Below, in pieces: positions 1-14,310 of a stretch of DNA of 63,365 nt (its first letter is position 1; each line of letters opens with the position of its first letter). The notes beneath the pieces were generated by a model. That model did no database searches. It was given only the letters and a program-made list of their open reading frames with translations, and was not told where the DNA came from. The DNA is taken from assembly GCF_003918875.1 (NCBI RefSeq), contig NW_025766151.1:1-63365 (forward strand), written 5' to 3'. Source of the stretch: Haliotis rubra (taxonomy: Eukaryota). Position numbers and translations under genes: made by a program.

Positions 1-3000
1 CACGAGCGAACAGCTTTAAACCATGGCCCCACCGCCCACGGGGCTGTATGAGCAAGTATGATAACATACAAGATATACGCAAGCATAGATTGTCAGAGTT
101 CGACGTATGTTAACGTAGCAAAGGGATGCCCAGTATCGCCCAGTTAGATTCGCGCTTTCGACCCATGGGATTTCATTTACAACCATCAGTTCGTTGCAGG
201 CGAACGTTACTGAACTACCAACAGGGCTGTTGAAGACGTTACTAACAACGCATCATCTTTTTTGCTCCTTTCCTGTAACACTCTTCACCCTCAACATCTG
301 GCCCTTGCTTCAAGATAAATGGATAGGACCTCCAGGCCCCTCATCGTGGCGGTGCACCGGGTACTTCAAAAGAACTTTGTCCACATAGACTGACAAGGGC
401 GTATAAGGTTTTATTGCTGCTTCTTCATTTGCTATGGTAACTTTGCCCTTCTCCACGAGCCTCTGTGTGACTGTAAAATATTCAAACAAACGTAAGAGTA
501 CTCGTCGGAAATAGAAAACAAAATGAGGGTTTTCACATTTACATCTACAATTTATGTAGTTAATATGTGTAAGTAAAATATTCTGATAAACTAAGTTTGG
601 CCTAACTATAGTCCCAAAGTGGTAGGATATGGAAACGTCAAAAAAGGACTTTTACTGAGTAGAGATGTAGTGCAGAAGTATGAACATAAACGGTCCAAAT
701 CGACTTAGATGAAACAGACCATGGCTTTATGCAAATTAGAGTGCGATGATATTGTACTACAAAGCGATCAATTTTTATATGCCAATTTTTTGAGAAGTGA
801 GATTATGGCTTCATCGCCAAATGATAGGTGACGTGAAAACATAATAACTTTAAAACTGAAACTTGTCACTATTGAAACAAACAGGTAGGGAGGTTCGTCT
901 CAAAAATACAAAACAAGAACGGGTGTCGCAGACAGTGGTTGAAGAGGTCGGGCCGGGGATAGATATATCAGCTAAGTGATAAGATAGTCCTTTAGGGGAA
1001 TTAAACTGGGGAAGCAAAACGGTATGTCATAACAATTTACAAATCTTCTGGATTTGCTGCAAAGCCACCCTTATATGGATTGAGGACATTAAAATTTCAC
1101 GATGGCTGATTTTAAGCTTTCTATGGGTATCATGCTCTTTACGCAACTGGAACATGGAACTTTAAGAAAGAAAAGACACGTAAGATGGAAATCAATGGAT
1201 GAGACATATTCAACACACAAGAAAAAAAAGCATAAAATATCTTGGGAGATGACACTGTGCCTGTGGGAAGCTACATGCAAAACAATGCTGATCGAGTCGA
1301 CGGTCCGTCGTCATACCAGTCTGTCCTAATTGGCATCTATAGTGCTGATCTGTTGTTTTCAGCAGCTATTCGTAATCTTTGCCCCGATTTCGACGGTAAA
1401 CATGCTTTTCTGGATATTCCTATTGCGCTCATCCCACTGAATGCCCAGTTAGGCCGATATTGGGTTATTTCGTACTTCTTTATTTTAGCAATTATAGTAA
1501 CTTTTAGGGTTCTGTTTAACAGTCTAAAGCAGAGTTTTTTTCTATTTCCCGGACAATACTTTATTACCGAAATCTTAACGAGGGATATGCTGTGCTGGGT
1601 CACAGCATATTTACCACCAAATCCTACTCAATGATTAACCATAATACTATCAAGGAAGGTCTTTCTCGATAATCACAGAAAGTGTTTGAGACAAGCAGAA
1701 TTATCACCATGTGAATCCGACGACAAATAAACGGCAAAACACTTCGCTGCTTAAATTAATGGGCATTTGTAAATAAACATATTGGAAACCAAGATGGCAT
1801 TCTACATATCTAATTTCAGAGCTGCTTGAACGGTGACCACAGCCGCACCTACAATATTCTATACTACACATGCAACGTCGTCATATGAGCGAAATATTCT
1901 CAAACACCGACCCGTAAAACCAATTTCACCTCACCTCACCTTAATCTTAACAGGAAGGAGACATCACTCAGAATGATCTGGAAATGCACTTAAAATCGGC
2001 TGAATAGTTTGGCTTTGAGCGCTTGTCATGGCATATGGCATAAACAAAACGGACATTGAGTACCATCATATATATGTAGTAACGCCCTAGGGACGCAACT
2101 ATAAATTATAGACACGATACTTACAAAATACATGTACATGCATTGCTGACATTAAAATTATCAAACCAAGAACTTTATACATGCAGGAGTCTTTGAATGT
2201 AATGACAAGCATGTTGTTTCCTCATCGTCGTGTTGGAAGTTTTCTATATATCTCCTCCTCTCGTCTTTCATTTTCAAAATAGAACCTGTAATTTATCCAA
2301 ACTTCTACTGGACCGAAGTCACACCCTTGGACTTCAGTGACCTTCTTGTGTTCATTTCTGTCAGAATACTTCGGTTGGTGAACTGGAGTGATATTTTAAA
2401 ACGTTATTTACACTTCACTGGAATGACAAAAACACTCAACAAATCGTCTACATTGTTTGGTCACCATACAGTCTCCTTTTTGCCATTTAAGGCTGGGTTT
2501 TCAAAACGTAATTCTTACACTTCACAGGAATGGCAAATGCACTCAAACATTGTCAAAATTGATTGGTCACATACACTCTTCCTTTTGCCATTTTAGATTG
2601 GATTTTTAAACGGTTTTGTCACTTTACTGGAATGACGAAAGCAGTTAACAACAACAATACTTTTTAATGATAACTTGGATTTTACTCATTGAGGACCATT
2701 GAGATATGAAGTAAATGGAAACTATGTAAAGCACTAAAACTGCAAATTATGGATAAGACAATTACTTTAGTAACAATATACGGACCAAACACCGATGCGC
2801 CAGAATTTTACCATAGAAATCATCCTCAATTATCATGAGGTTACAATCCGACAGCGCTTCTCCATATGTGATTTGGAACTTTGTACAAATCCTAAAATGG
2901 ATTATTTCAACTATGAAAACGTTAATAATGCAAAAGCTAGAGAAACCTGGTTAGAATTTATGGAAGAAAATGATCTAATAGACCCATGGAGAGAACAAAA

Positions 3001-6000
3001 CCTAGATAGCAAGAGATACACATGGAGACAGAAAACTCCCGTCAAACAGGCAAGACTAGACTACTTTATCGTTTCCAAAAACCTCGAAAGTTTAATTCAC
3101 GATACCGGCATTGGGGCAGCATACAGGTCTGACCATTCAATAATTTGGATTTATCTAAAGATCAGTGAGATAGAAAGAGGCAAAAGCTACTGGAAATTCA
3201 ACTATTCTTTACTCTATGAAAAACATATGCAAAAACCAAAATACTGATAAATGAAATCAAAGAACAATACAAATCTTACGTAGACGAAACAGGGAAATAT
3301 GTCTTCAAAAGTAAACGATCAAGCTATTCTTTGAAACACTTTTGTTAATGATCAGAGGACACACAATAAATTATTCATCCTATAAAAACAAAGAAAATTT
3401 GAATATACGTAAACGCTTGAAAAACATAGATCAGCTTGAAATAAAAAGATTCATCACATGATACAGATTCCAAAACAAAGCTACAGGATGAATTAAAAGA
3501 AGATAATAGAGAATTAGAGACTATTAATAAAAAAAGAATCAGAAGGGATACAACTACGATCTAAAGCTAAATCGAAAGAAGAAGGAGAAAACAAAATATT
3601 TTTCTCTCTAGAAAATCGAAACTTTTAAACAAAGCAATATATAAACTTGAAAACAATCAAAGGAAACCCTAACCAAAAAAGAAGAACTTATAACTGAAAC
3701 TAAATCGTTTTACCATAACCTATACACGAAAACCATGCGAAAAAAGTGAACCTAACAGGAATTGCTTAAAACATAGACGTCCCAAAGCTATAAAAAAAAT
3801 ATCAACAAAGAAAATCTAGAAGGGACAATTAAGATATGAGGAAATATTAAACAGTTTTAAAAAAAATGAAAATGAAAGAAGTCCTGGCTCATCGGGTTTC
3901 ACTGTTGAATTCTTCAAAATTTGTTGGTCCAATATTCACGAGTATCTTATAAGATCATTACATTTAGCTTACGAGAAAGGAGAATTGTCTTTGACTCAAA
4001 AGCAAGGCATTATAACCTGTTTTCCCCAAAAAGGTAAATCCAAACATTTGCTTCAGAATTGGAGACCTATTTCATTGCTGAATGTAGCGTATAAAATCGG
4101 ATCATCAACCATTGCAAACAGACTAAAAACAGTCCTACCCTCTATAATAAATGAGGATCAAAAAGGGTTTATGTCAAAAAGATATATTGGTGAGTGTACT
4201 CACCTAATATATGACTATACTGAATATATGAATATACCACGAATTCTACTTCTTATTGACTTTGAAAAGGCATTCGATTCTGTTGACTGGCATTTCGTTC
4301 AAAAAGTTCTTCTATTCTTTAACTTTGGACCATCGATTAGAAGATGGATAAATACCTTCTTTAATAACATTCAATCATGTGCTGTTGTAAATGGTTTCCT
4401 TTCAAAATATTTCAATATCTGAAGAGGGATGCAGACACAGGAGATCCCATCTCCCTTATATTTTTATACTGTGCACAGAAATTTTTGGCAACAATGATTA
4501 GAAATAATAATAAAATAAAAGGAATACAAATTGGAGATACAGAATACCTAATTTCCCAATACGCTGATGATACTTCGCTGATACTAGATGGCACTGAAAA
4601 ATGTTTACAGGCGACATTAGAAATTCTTAGTAAATATGCCTCATTTTCAGGCTTATAAATAAATGTAAACAAAACACAGGTATTATGGATAGGCTCAGAA
4701 AAAAACTCTAAAAGAAAATTTTGCAGAAACTGGAATTTAGACTGGAAGACTGACTCGTTTACACTAAATAGGAATTGTATTTACCCACAACATCGCAGAA
4801 ATGGTTGAACGCAACTATAAAGATAAACTTAAGACTCTCAAAATATCAATGAATCAATGGCTAGCAAGAGATCTAACTCCCTTAGGTAGAAATACCATAT
4901 TGAAAAGTTTACTTTTACCGAACTTAATCATTTATTTGTAACTCTACCCAACCCAAACGATCAAATGATTAAGGAAATTGAGCAGCTCTGCTTTAAATTT
5001 ATATGGAAAAACAAACCAGACAAAGTCAGTCGAGAAACTATCACAAAGAATTATGAATACGGAGGAATACGAGCCCCAGAGATAAAAAGTCTTATTCAAT
5101 CACAAAAAATATCATGGATTAAAAGACTCACCAACTCAGATTCAAAAGTAAGGAAACTGCTACAAACGAAGACACATTGGGACCTCGACAGCTTTATACA
5201 AACATGCGAAACACACATACTTGAAACAGTAATAACACAAGAAACAAATCATTTTTGGAAAGACACTTTGAAATCATGGGGTAAATTCGTAACCAGAAAA
5301 GCAGAAAAAGCATGTGATATTTTATCCCAACCCTTACGGTTAAATGACAATATTAAAATAGATTGAAAACCAATCAATTATAAACATTTTTCAAGCAAAG
5401 GGATTACTTATATAAACGACATGTTTTGACGCCCAAGGTAACTTTTTAACGGTTGAACAATTAAAAAAAATCGTTTGGGTGCAAAACTAACTTCCTAGAG
5501 CGTCAAGGAATAGTGGAATCAATTAAATACTACTGCAAATCCATAAACATCCATATTGAAGAAAAAATCCAAGCCCCGGTCTTGCCATATCTTTTACGAA
5601 ATATAGTAGGAAACCCAAAAGGATGTAGAGATATCTATGACATACTCATAAATGGTAAATCTAGAAAACCTTTAACATATCGAAACAAGTGGCAAAAAGA
5701 ACTTAATGAGTCTATTGACGATAATATACGGGAAACGATAGAACAAACAACCTTTAAACCGTATAATAGTGTAAAACACTCGTGGTTCCAATACAGCATA
5801 CTGCATAGGTTTCTGCCAACAAATGATTTGCTAACAACAATGAAATATATTCCAACACATGCACATTTTGCAAATCCGACAAAGAATCAATTCTACATCT
5901 ATTTTGTGACTGGAAAGTCACAAAAGCTCTTTGGAAGAAAATAGAAGAAAGGATATTCGAAAAATCATGGTTAAATATTATCTTTTTAAAGAAAATATTA

Positions 6001-9000
6001 TTCTAGGATATTGTGAAAAAGAGAAACCATGCTCCGAATTTGTTAATAACAGTAGTGAAATATAATGTATACAAAATGAAACAAAGAGATAAAACACCAA
6101 ATTTGAACTACATTATAGAAGACGTAAAGACAACATATTATGCTGAACGTTTTAATGCCTATTCAAATTGCAAATACGACAGCTTCACAAAATTTTGGTC
6201 ACTATGTCACAACCTGTTCTGTTAACCTAGCGCTATATATAATGTACTGCTGTTATATTTTCAAGTACCTATTCATTTTGCCTGTAAATCGACTTTGTAT
6301 ATATTTGCGGATCGTGTTTATACCAACCCGTTATGTAATGAACTGTATGGCCTGGATGTATGGAGAATAAAAAATAAACAATTATATAAAAAAAAAAAAA
6401 ACACTCAACAAATTGTCCAAAGGGTTGGTCACATACAGTCTCTTCTTAACATTTATAACTTGCGACTTGTTTTGGTTCTAATGGTCGGAAAGCAAACAAA
6501 CATAGATGACCCTCATTGAATTGTTCTCACCTATATGCTGTGTGGTATTTTCTAGAGGTCTTGCCATTAAATTAGCGGAACTGGCTGGGTGATCGACGGA
6601 GAGTGACGATGCTGGCATTCTGTACCGGGGAGGTTGCGGTGGCGGTGGCGGGGAGGTTGCAGTGGCGTAGTGGACCATATCCAAAATGTGGCGGATTTGG
6701 ATAAGATTGAATCAAGCAGAGGTGGTTGTCCCTGATAGCGTGGAACAGGAACACGTGGGTACTGGTAATGAGGTTGCCAGTAGTAAAACTGGTTTGGATC
6801 CACAGCATAAAATGGCCGTTGTGGATGAGCAGGACCTGGAATGCGGATGATACACTGGATGGTTGTAAGGAACATCATTTGGGTGTCTTGGTGGTAAACC
6901 ATGTGAAGTCTGTTGACTTCCGGCTGTGCTGGAATAGTTCCTGTTCGATGACATGGATTCTTCAGAAGTACCTGCTCTCGTCCGCGTCTGCGGATTTTCC
7001 ACATTGTAGTTCATCGACTCAAAATGTGACGGTTCTTCTGGAATGTCCTGACGAAGCCGATCATTTTCTGTAGGAGATGAGGAACCATTGTTTGCACTCA
7101 GAGAATGCATCGTCCCCTGTAATTTATTTCATTATAATATTAATATCATATATTAAATTATTATACATTTTATTTGTACTGTTTTATTTGTAATTGTATT
7201 TGTAATGTTGTCAGCCACCTATGCAAACACAAGTAGCCCTTTGGTTGAAAGAAAATCTAAACAAATACATGGATTTCAGTTACATAAGCATTCAGATTAA
7301 GACCCTTTGAATGTCGTTCAGGTATACGGGTAGTGTTTGGATTGGTTTATTTTCTCAATATCAATAAACAGAAATACTGACTGAATAATAGGCTATGTTG
7401 CTGCATCTCAGTACAATATTTTGGCAATAGATAAAATATCAGGAAGGATAATAGCTTTACAAAACAGCTGCTGTCAGTATTGAAGGTATCGACAGAACTT
7501 CTGATGAAAACAATATTAACAAATATGAAAACAAGTAACTTCATTTCCTCAATGTTTCAAACCCGGCAAGAATGATTTATGTTTGAGTGGCATTCTAGAA
7601 AATGATGGTATAGAGATGACAAGACTTATGGATGATCAACTTCTTTCATTTCAGAATAGCGACGTTTCGGTATAGCTTCTTATACATGCTTGAAAACGGT
7701 CATATCTAAAGAGTGGTTCTATTTTTGCAGAACAAGCAATACATACTGCAACACATAGCCCTTTAAGTAATACCATAGCCAAAAACATGAAGCATGACAA
7801 CGTTTTGCTTCGATCCTGTTCTGGCAATTTCAGGAGACATTTTTACAGAGCCACTAACGCAGTGCTTACTGAGGCGAAATGACAGTGGCCATAGAAAGGT
7901 TTTCAATATAGCAGCCATCGTGGCCATTTGTAAATCAGATTCGAAATTTGTGAACACATTCAGGTGTCAACATTGACGGGAAAATTGTTTGAAGTATCAG
8001 CTTCATTGGTTTAGGGCTTTCTGAGATGATGTTTACTATGTTTTTAATCACGAATAGATTGTCTTCAACAAACGTTTACTACAAAAGATGGCCATCTCAC
8101 TGTTCAAATTATGCATAAATCAAAGATGGCTACATGCATGTTGAAATTCCAATTTTAATGACATAAACAGACATGAAACGCTTTATGGTAACATACATTC
8201 ATACAGAATTTCAGCTGTATCCATCTAGTAATGTCACTGTTGAATTCGAATATGTAAAAGGGTTAAAGACGGCGACTACAAAAGCTTACGTGGCACCAGA
8301 CAAGGTGAGTTTAACAGAGGACAAACCAGAGGGGCGGAAACTGGGCCATATATTGCCTACATGGATAGCACATCGTTCCGGTTGTAACATTCAATTTCGT
8401 TTGCTCATCCCACGCTCTCCTTGATGAAACTAGCCGTTATACAAATATAAATCGAGAAAAAAGAACTTGCAAACTATGTAACTTAAAATTAATTGAAGAG
8501 GAACACCACTTTTAATTTGTTGTCCATTATACTTGTATAGAAAAATATATTCCATCATATTATTATAATTATCCGAACACTACTACATTTCCACTATTGC
8601 TAACAAAATCAAATGTAAAAATGTTGATTTACTGTACCTTGACCTGTAATTTGATAAATGAATAAATAAATCAATAACTACTCTGGATATGATTTAATGT
8701 AAATATGTATATACTGTATGAATTGTTTATTATACTCAGAATATGATCTTAATGTAAATATGTATATACGCTATGAAATGTTTATTATACTCAGAATATG
8801 ATCTTAATGTAAATATGTATATACGCTATGAAATGTTTATTATACTCAGAATATGATCTTAATGTAAATATGTATATACGCTATGAATTGTTTATTATAC
8901 TCAGGATATGATTTAATGTAAATATGTATATACTCTATGAATTGTTTATATTGTATTAATATTGGATTGTACAATAGGCCCGTGGCTTGTGAGTACTGGA

Positions 9001-12000
9001 ATAGTTTGAGAAAGCGCTTCTGCTACATCCACATGTGAGGAACCTGAAGCCGTTTCAGAGACATGCAAATACCTATCAGAGAACTTGATAGGATTGAGTG
9101 AGTGAGTTTAGTTTTACGCCACACTCAGCAATATGGTGGCGGTCTGTTAATAATCCAGTCTGGACCTGACAATCCAGTGATCAACAGCATGGGGATAGGA
9201 GTGAGTAATCATGATATATTATTTCTCGTCTTCTCGTCTTATGGTCGTCTCAACATATGCTTTTCAGCAACCCTGTGTAATGTTTTAGATATGACATTTA
9301 AATGAAACCCAATCTTGTGTACATGTATATGCACATATTGTTGTTTTGAAATGAATGGAAATATAACCCAAAAATGGAATATTAGAAAAAAATGATACAT
9401 TATTTCACGCCGCTCTTAGCAATATTCCAGCGATCATGGCGGGGTAGACCAGAAATGGGCTTCACACATTGTATTTGGTTTGGTTTTTGTTTAACGCTGT
9501 CACACATTGCTCCCATGTGGGGAATAGAACCCGGGTCTTCGGCAAGACGTGCGAACGCTTTAACCACTAGGCTACTCCACCGCCCCTTTACATGCCTGAG
9601 GTTCCGGTGCGGGGTTCTTCCATTCTGGCGGCACATTTTGAGTTCCACAAGGTGATACAGTAAGCTGACATCCTCCGTAAGGAGGAAAACCCTTGTCCAG
9701 GATTGCAACTGCATCTGCAATGGTTAATGGATGAACATAACTACGTCTTTACATAGACTGATTTCATTTACCGTTGTGTTTTTTTTAATCATTATCTTGC
9801 TAATTGTCAGCACCTTTACTTAAACACTGTCGCCTTATGATAAAAAAATATACTTGCTTTTTGAATGGCTTGACTTCTAGTGAGCCACAAAACCTGTGTT
9901 TTGTATAAAAAACTCGATGTCTTCACAGCATAAAACCTGTGTTGTGTATAGAAAAATGTAAAAAAAACCTATGTTTTGTACAGGAAACTGAATGTCTTTA
10001 AGTACAAAACCTGTGTTTTGTAAGGAAACTATACAAAACAAGTGTTTTGAATAGGAAACTGAATGTGTTTACACTACAAAAACTATGTTTTGTAGAGGAA
10101 ACTGAATGTCTTCACAGCACAAAACCTGTGTTTTGAAAGGAAACTATACAAAACAGGTGTTTTGAATAGGAAACTGAATGTGTTTACACTACAAAAACTA
10201 TGTTTTGTATAGGAAACTGTATGTCTTTACAGCACAAAACCTGTGTTTTATGAATGGCTAAATGCCTTTAGAGTACAAAACCTGTGTTGTTTTTTGATAG
10301 GAAACTGTATCTTTTTTACACAACAAAACCTGTGTTTTGTATGGAAATCTGCATGTCTTAACAACACAAAACCTGTTGTGTATAGGAAACCGTATGTATT
10401 TTGAGCACTAAGCATATGCTTTATATTGGAGACTGTGTCTTTACGACACAAAAGTTATGTTTTGCATTGGAAACTGTATGTTTCACAGCACAAATTAAAC
10501 CCGTGTTTTGTATATGAAGCTGTATGTCTCTACAACGCAGAGCCGTTGTTTTGTACAGAAAATTGTATGTCTTTTCAGCACAAAACTTGTGTTCAATCTT
10601 TATTCATACTGAAGGCCACAGGCCCATAGTATACAAGAACATAGTACACAATATCATAGAAAAGAATAAAAATAGTCAAATCACAATATGTCATATCGCA
10701 TCAAAATGTACCACATCATATAACATCGCATTACACATACTTTGTCGTATCACATCATATCATAACACCCAATATTACATCATGTCATATCATACCACGT
10801 ATCACATCATATCATATATCATATCATATCGCACCACATCATACCATATCGTAACAAATAACAATATGAGTACATACATTCTATGAATTATTATGTTTAT
10901 TTCTTAGAGACAATGCTTGATAGATAAAGGTTGACAACTTACGGATAAGAACATTGTCACCAGTACTCATTAACAAAGAAAATTTCACCCTATCGGGATA
11001 TACAGAATAATATCTTTGGACATTTTTTTTTCTTAACTCACAATATAATGTGCAAATTAAGAGGAAGTGATATTCACCTTCTACACAATTAAGATCACAA
11101 AATGTACAAATTCTATTTTCCCTCTCTATTTTATGATATATCCCTGTTTCGATTGCCAAGTCATGTGAGGAACACCTAAACCGAGCAAAAGCCTTTCGAA
11201 ATTTCTTGATATTTAGTGAGAGCAGATAATTCTCTCTGTATATATGGGATTAAAGCATCCTATAATAGAAACATTTACTTGACAATGACAGTGCTCCTAC
11301 CCATTCTTGTGTACATATATCTTTGAGCCTTTGAGTAACATTATTCACAAACTTTGTATGAAAGTCAACATTTTGCCTTTGCCATACCTCCCCAAAACCT
11401 ATTGTATTTAACAATTCTCCAATGTTAGTCACCCAGTTAGTCTTCCCCGTTGTTATCGTACATTAACATCATATCATAAGTCTGTCTAGGGTATCTATCA
11501 GATGGCATATTTAACAGACGTATCCAATATTTTATTATTCTAGCTTTAGCAAAAATGTGTATGGGAAATCTTCCACAATCTCCACATACCATGGCATTAG
11601 GTGTATTTACTTTCACTCCTAAAAATTTCTTGCAAGTATATAAATGTATTTTCTCAATTACGTCAAAATTATTGAAACCCCATACCTCGGAACCATACAA
11701 TAGAATAGGAAGGATTTTTGTATCAAATATTTTGAAAAAAGAATGATAATCAACATCTACGAGTTTGTGAATACTTTTAAGAACCCCAATAAGTACCTTT
11801 TTGGCTAGTGTGGAACAATATTTAGCATGTGCTGAAAAGCCAAGACGATTAGTGAAGTAGACTCCAAGGTATTTATATGATTGTGTGACTTGGAGCGACT
11901 CTCTCTCCTTTATAATACCATTTTTCCGTTTTAGATTGTTTGCCCCCATTTTTGAATACGACTATTCTAGTTTTCTCAAAATTAACAGTTAATCCTGCCT

Positions 12001-13948
12001 CATTGCAATAATTGCAAACTTGTGTTCTGTATAGGAAACTGTATATCGTAACAATATGTGTCTTGTTTAGGAAACTGTGTTTTCACAACACAAAAATCTG
12101 TGTTCTGTATACACTATAGGAAACTGTATATCTTTACAATACAAAACCGGTGTTTTGTATAGAAAACTGTATGTCTTTACAACACAAAACCCGTTTTCTG
12201 TATACAGTATAGAAAACTGTATGTCTTTACAACACAAAACCTGTGTTCTGCATACAGTATAGAAAACTGTATGTCTTTACAACACAAAACCCGTGATCTG
12301 CGTACAGTATAGGAATCTGTATGTCTTTACAACACAAAACCTGTGTTCAGTATACAGTATAGGAATCTGTATGTCTTTACAACACAAAACCTGTGTTTTG
12401 TATAGGAATATGTATGTCTTTACAACACAAAACCTGCGTTCTGTATACAGTATATGAATCTGTATGTCTTTACAACACAAAACCTGTGTTCTGTATACAG
12501 TATAGGAATCTGTATGTCTTTACAACACAAAACCTGTTCTTTTATAGGAAACTGTATGTCTTTACAACACTAAACCTGTTTTGTATAGGAAACTGTATGT
12601 CTTTACAACACAAAACTTGTGTTCTGTATACAGTATAGGCATCTGTATGTTTTTACAACACAAAACCTGTGTTCTGTATACAGTATAGGAATCTGTATGT
12701 CTATACAACGCAAAACCTGTGTTCTGTACACAGTATAGGCATCTGTATGTTTTTACAACACAAAACCTGTGTTCTGTATACAGTATAGGAATCTGCATGT
12801 CTTAACAACACAAAACCTGTGTTTTGTATAGGAATATGTATGTCTTTACAACACAAAACCTGCGTTCTGTATACAGTATATGAATCTGTATGTCTTTACA
12901 ACACAAAACCTGTGTTCTGTATACAGTATATGAATCTGTATGTCTTTACAACACAAAACCTGTGTTCTGTATACAGTATAGGAATCTGTATGTCTTTACA
13001 ACACAAAACCTGTGTTCTGTATACAGTATAGGAATCTGTATGTCTTTACAACACTAAACCTGTGTTCTGTATACAGTATAGGAATCTGTATGTCTTTACA
13101 ACACAAAACCTGTGTTCTGTATACAGTATAGGAATCTGTATGTCTTTACAACACAAAACCTGTGTTCTGTATACAGTATAGGAATCTGTATGTCTTTACA
13201 ACACAAAACCTGTGTTCTGTATACAGTATAGGAATATGTATGTCTTTACAACACAAAACCTGCGTTCTGTATACAGTATATGAATCTGTATGTCTTTACA
13301 ACACAAAACCTGTGTTCTGTATACAGTATAGGAATCTGCATGGCTTTACAACACTACACCTGTGTTTTGTATAGGAAACTGCATGTTTTTACAACACAAA
13401 ACCTGTCTTTTGTATAGGAAACTGTATGTTTTTACAACACAAAACCTGTGTTCTGTATACAGTACAGGAATCTGTATGTCTTTACAACACAAAACCTGTG
13501 TTTTGTATAGGAAACTGTATGTTTTTACAACACAAAACCCGTGTTCTGTATACAGTATAGGAAAAGGTGTGTCTTTACACCACAAAACCCGTGTTCTGCA
13601 TAGAAAACTGAATGTCTTGATGGCACAAAACCTGTCTTGGGCAATTTGACAATATCCTCAGATCTTGGATATGTTTTCCAGTCCTGTTAGTCACCCTCTT
13701 CTATCTGCCTAGCCCGGGTAAGCCCTACTATACATATAACAAGTATGAGAATAAATCTGACCTTCCACACTGTGGCACAGTATAACCCACTCCGGTGTGT
13801 TCGTGACAGACAGCCTGTGTAGTTGGCAGATTTTTCTATTCTGTATCCCAGCTAAGTCGTCCAGAAGACGTTGTATATCCTGATGGGGGTTAGGAGTTTG
13901 AGGAAAGCCTTGTAAAAGAACACAACGTTGATGTATTGCGTCCTCCAT
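1..13948 (-). CDS. 5' part of a multi-exon gene with N-terminal RRM-like domains and a Pro-rich linker (PARP14/PARP10-like N-terminus); continues beyond the left edge
   Basis: Exons assembled by eye with compatible splice phases: 13762-13948 (MEDAIHQRCVLLQGFP...WVILCHSVE), 9596-9714 (DAVAILDKGFPPYGGCQLTVSPC...; completes an RRM-like fold), 6531-7116 (Pro/Tyr-rich, with frameshifts), ~2181-2382 (...YRFYFENERR..GGDI...LVITFKDS, with frameshifts) and <=470 (TQRLVEKGKVTIANEEAAIKPY...). The FYFENxRRxGGDI...VTF pattern is typical of PARP14-type RRM repeats. No catalytic domain is visible in the window. Confidence 0.55.
2400..2640. repeat. Degenerate ~115-bp tandem repeat, resumed at 6402-6470 after the L1
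   Basis: The unit 'acactcaacaaat..tc....ttggtcacatacagtctc..ttt.ccattta' recurs at ~2432, ~2540 and 6401. Confidence 0.6.
2660..6401 (+). mobile_element. 5'-truncated, degenerate L1/Tx1-clade LINE (endonuclease + reverse transcriptase) with poly(A) tail
   Basis: ORF fragments carry APE motifs (DPWREQN...YTW...QARLDYF...SDHS) and RT motifs (NWRPISLLN, DFEKAFDSV, QGDP-like, QYADD). A run of A at 6387-6401 closes the element. Many frameshifts. Confidence 0.92.
8686..8948. repeat. Minisatellite, ~55-bp unit, about 5 copies
   Basis: atatgatcttaatgtaaatatgtatatacgctatgaaatgtttattatactcaga repeats with period 55. Confidence 0.95.
9886..10594. repeat. Satellite array, left part (degenerate ~42-bp unit acacaaaacctgtgttttgtataggaaactgtatgtcttta)
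   Basis: Repeated unit, diverged; same family as 12016-13640. Confidence 0.9.
10595..12015 (-). mobile_element. 5'-truncated non-LTR retrotransposon (L2/CR1-group RT C-terminus) inserted in the satellite
   Basis: ORF fragments YKYLGV...PILLYGSEVWG...DCGRFP, and LAIETG...RICTFC...EYHFLLIC. AATAAA near the 3' end. 12-bp TSD AAACTTGTGTTC at 10583-10594 and 12016-12027. Confidence 0.9.
12016..13640. repeat. Satellite array, right part (50-bp unit with 42-bp variants)
   Basis: tgtatgtctttacaacacaaaacctgtgttctgtatacagtataggaatc repeats with period 50, near-perfect at 12900-13250. Confidence 0.97.
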
Positions 13949-13959
13949 ATTGTACACCT

Positions 13960-14310
13960 GTCTACTTTCTCTTTCCCTTTGCGATGTTTCCCTTCGTCAT
14001 ACACAGATATAGCCCATACAATTAGCATAACAATAGTGTAGATCTATATTGTGACACTCGCCATGAATTTATATACTGCGCGCATTCTTTTTAACTTCCC
14101 GACGTGCCCCTATGTATCACTGATAATGAATCCTGTTATCTTATGTGTTAAAAGTTTCCGAATACTGAAAGAAGTTTCATAAAATCACCAGTCTAGGCGT
14201 GGCATTAATTTGCTTTGTTGTAAGGGGCTTTTCGCTGAGGTGAAGCGGCTTTAGGAAACAGTGTTGCTTCCGGTTGTTTCCACACGTGTTGCAGGATACG
14301 GTTAGTTTGT
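13960..14310. promoter_or_regulatory. Putative bidirectional promoter and 5' non-coding exon of LYAR
   Basis: Lies between two divergent start exons. ETS-like CTTCCGG at ~14267, E-box CACGTG at 14283-14288, candidate donor G|GTTAGT at 14301. Confidence 0.45.

Noticed and set aside
7625-7700. Penelope-like terminal remnant (gcgacgtttcgg...)
   Set aside because: Too short to support.
12016-13640. Regularly spaced repeats resembling a CRISPR array, and many ORFs in the track
   Set aside because: Units are contiguous with no unique spacers, there are no cas genes, and the context is eukaryotic. The ORFs are translations of satellite DNA.
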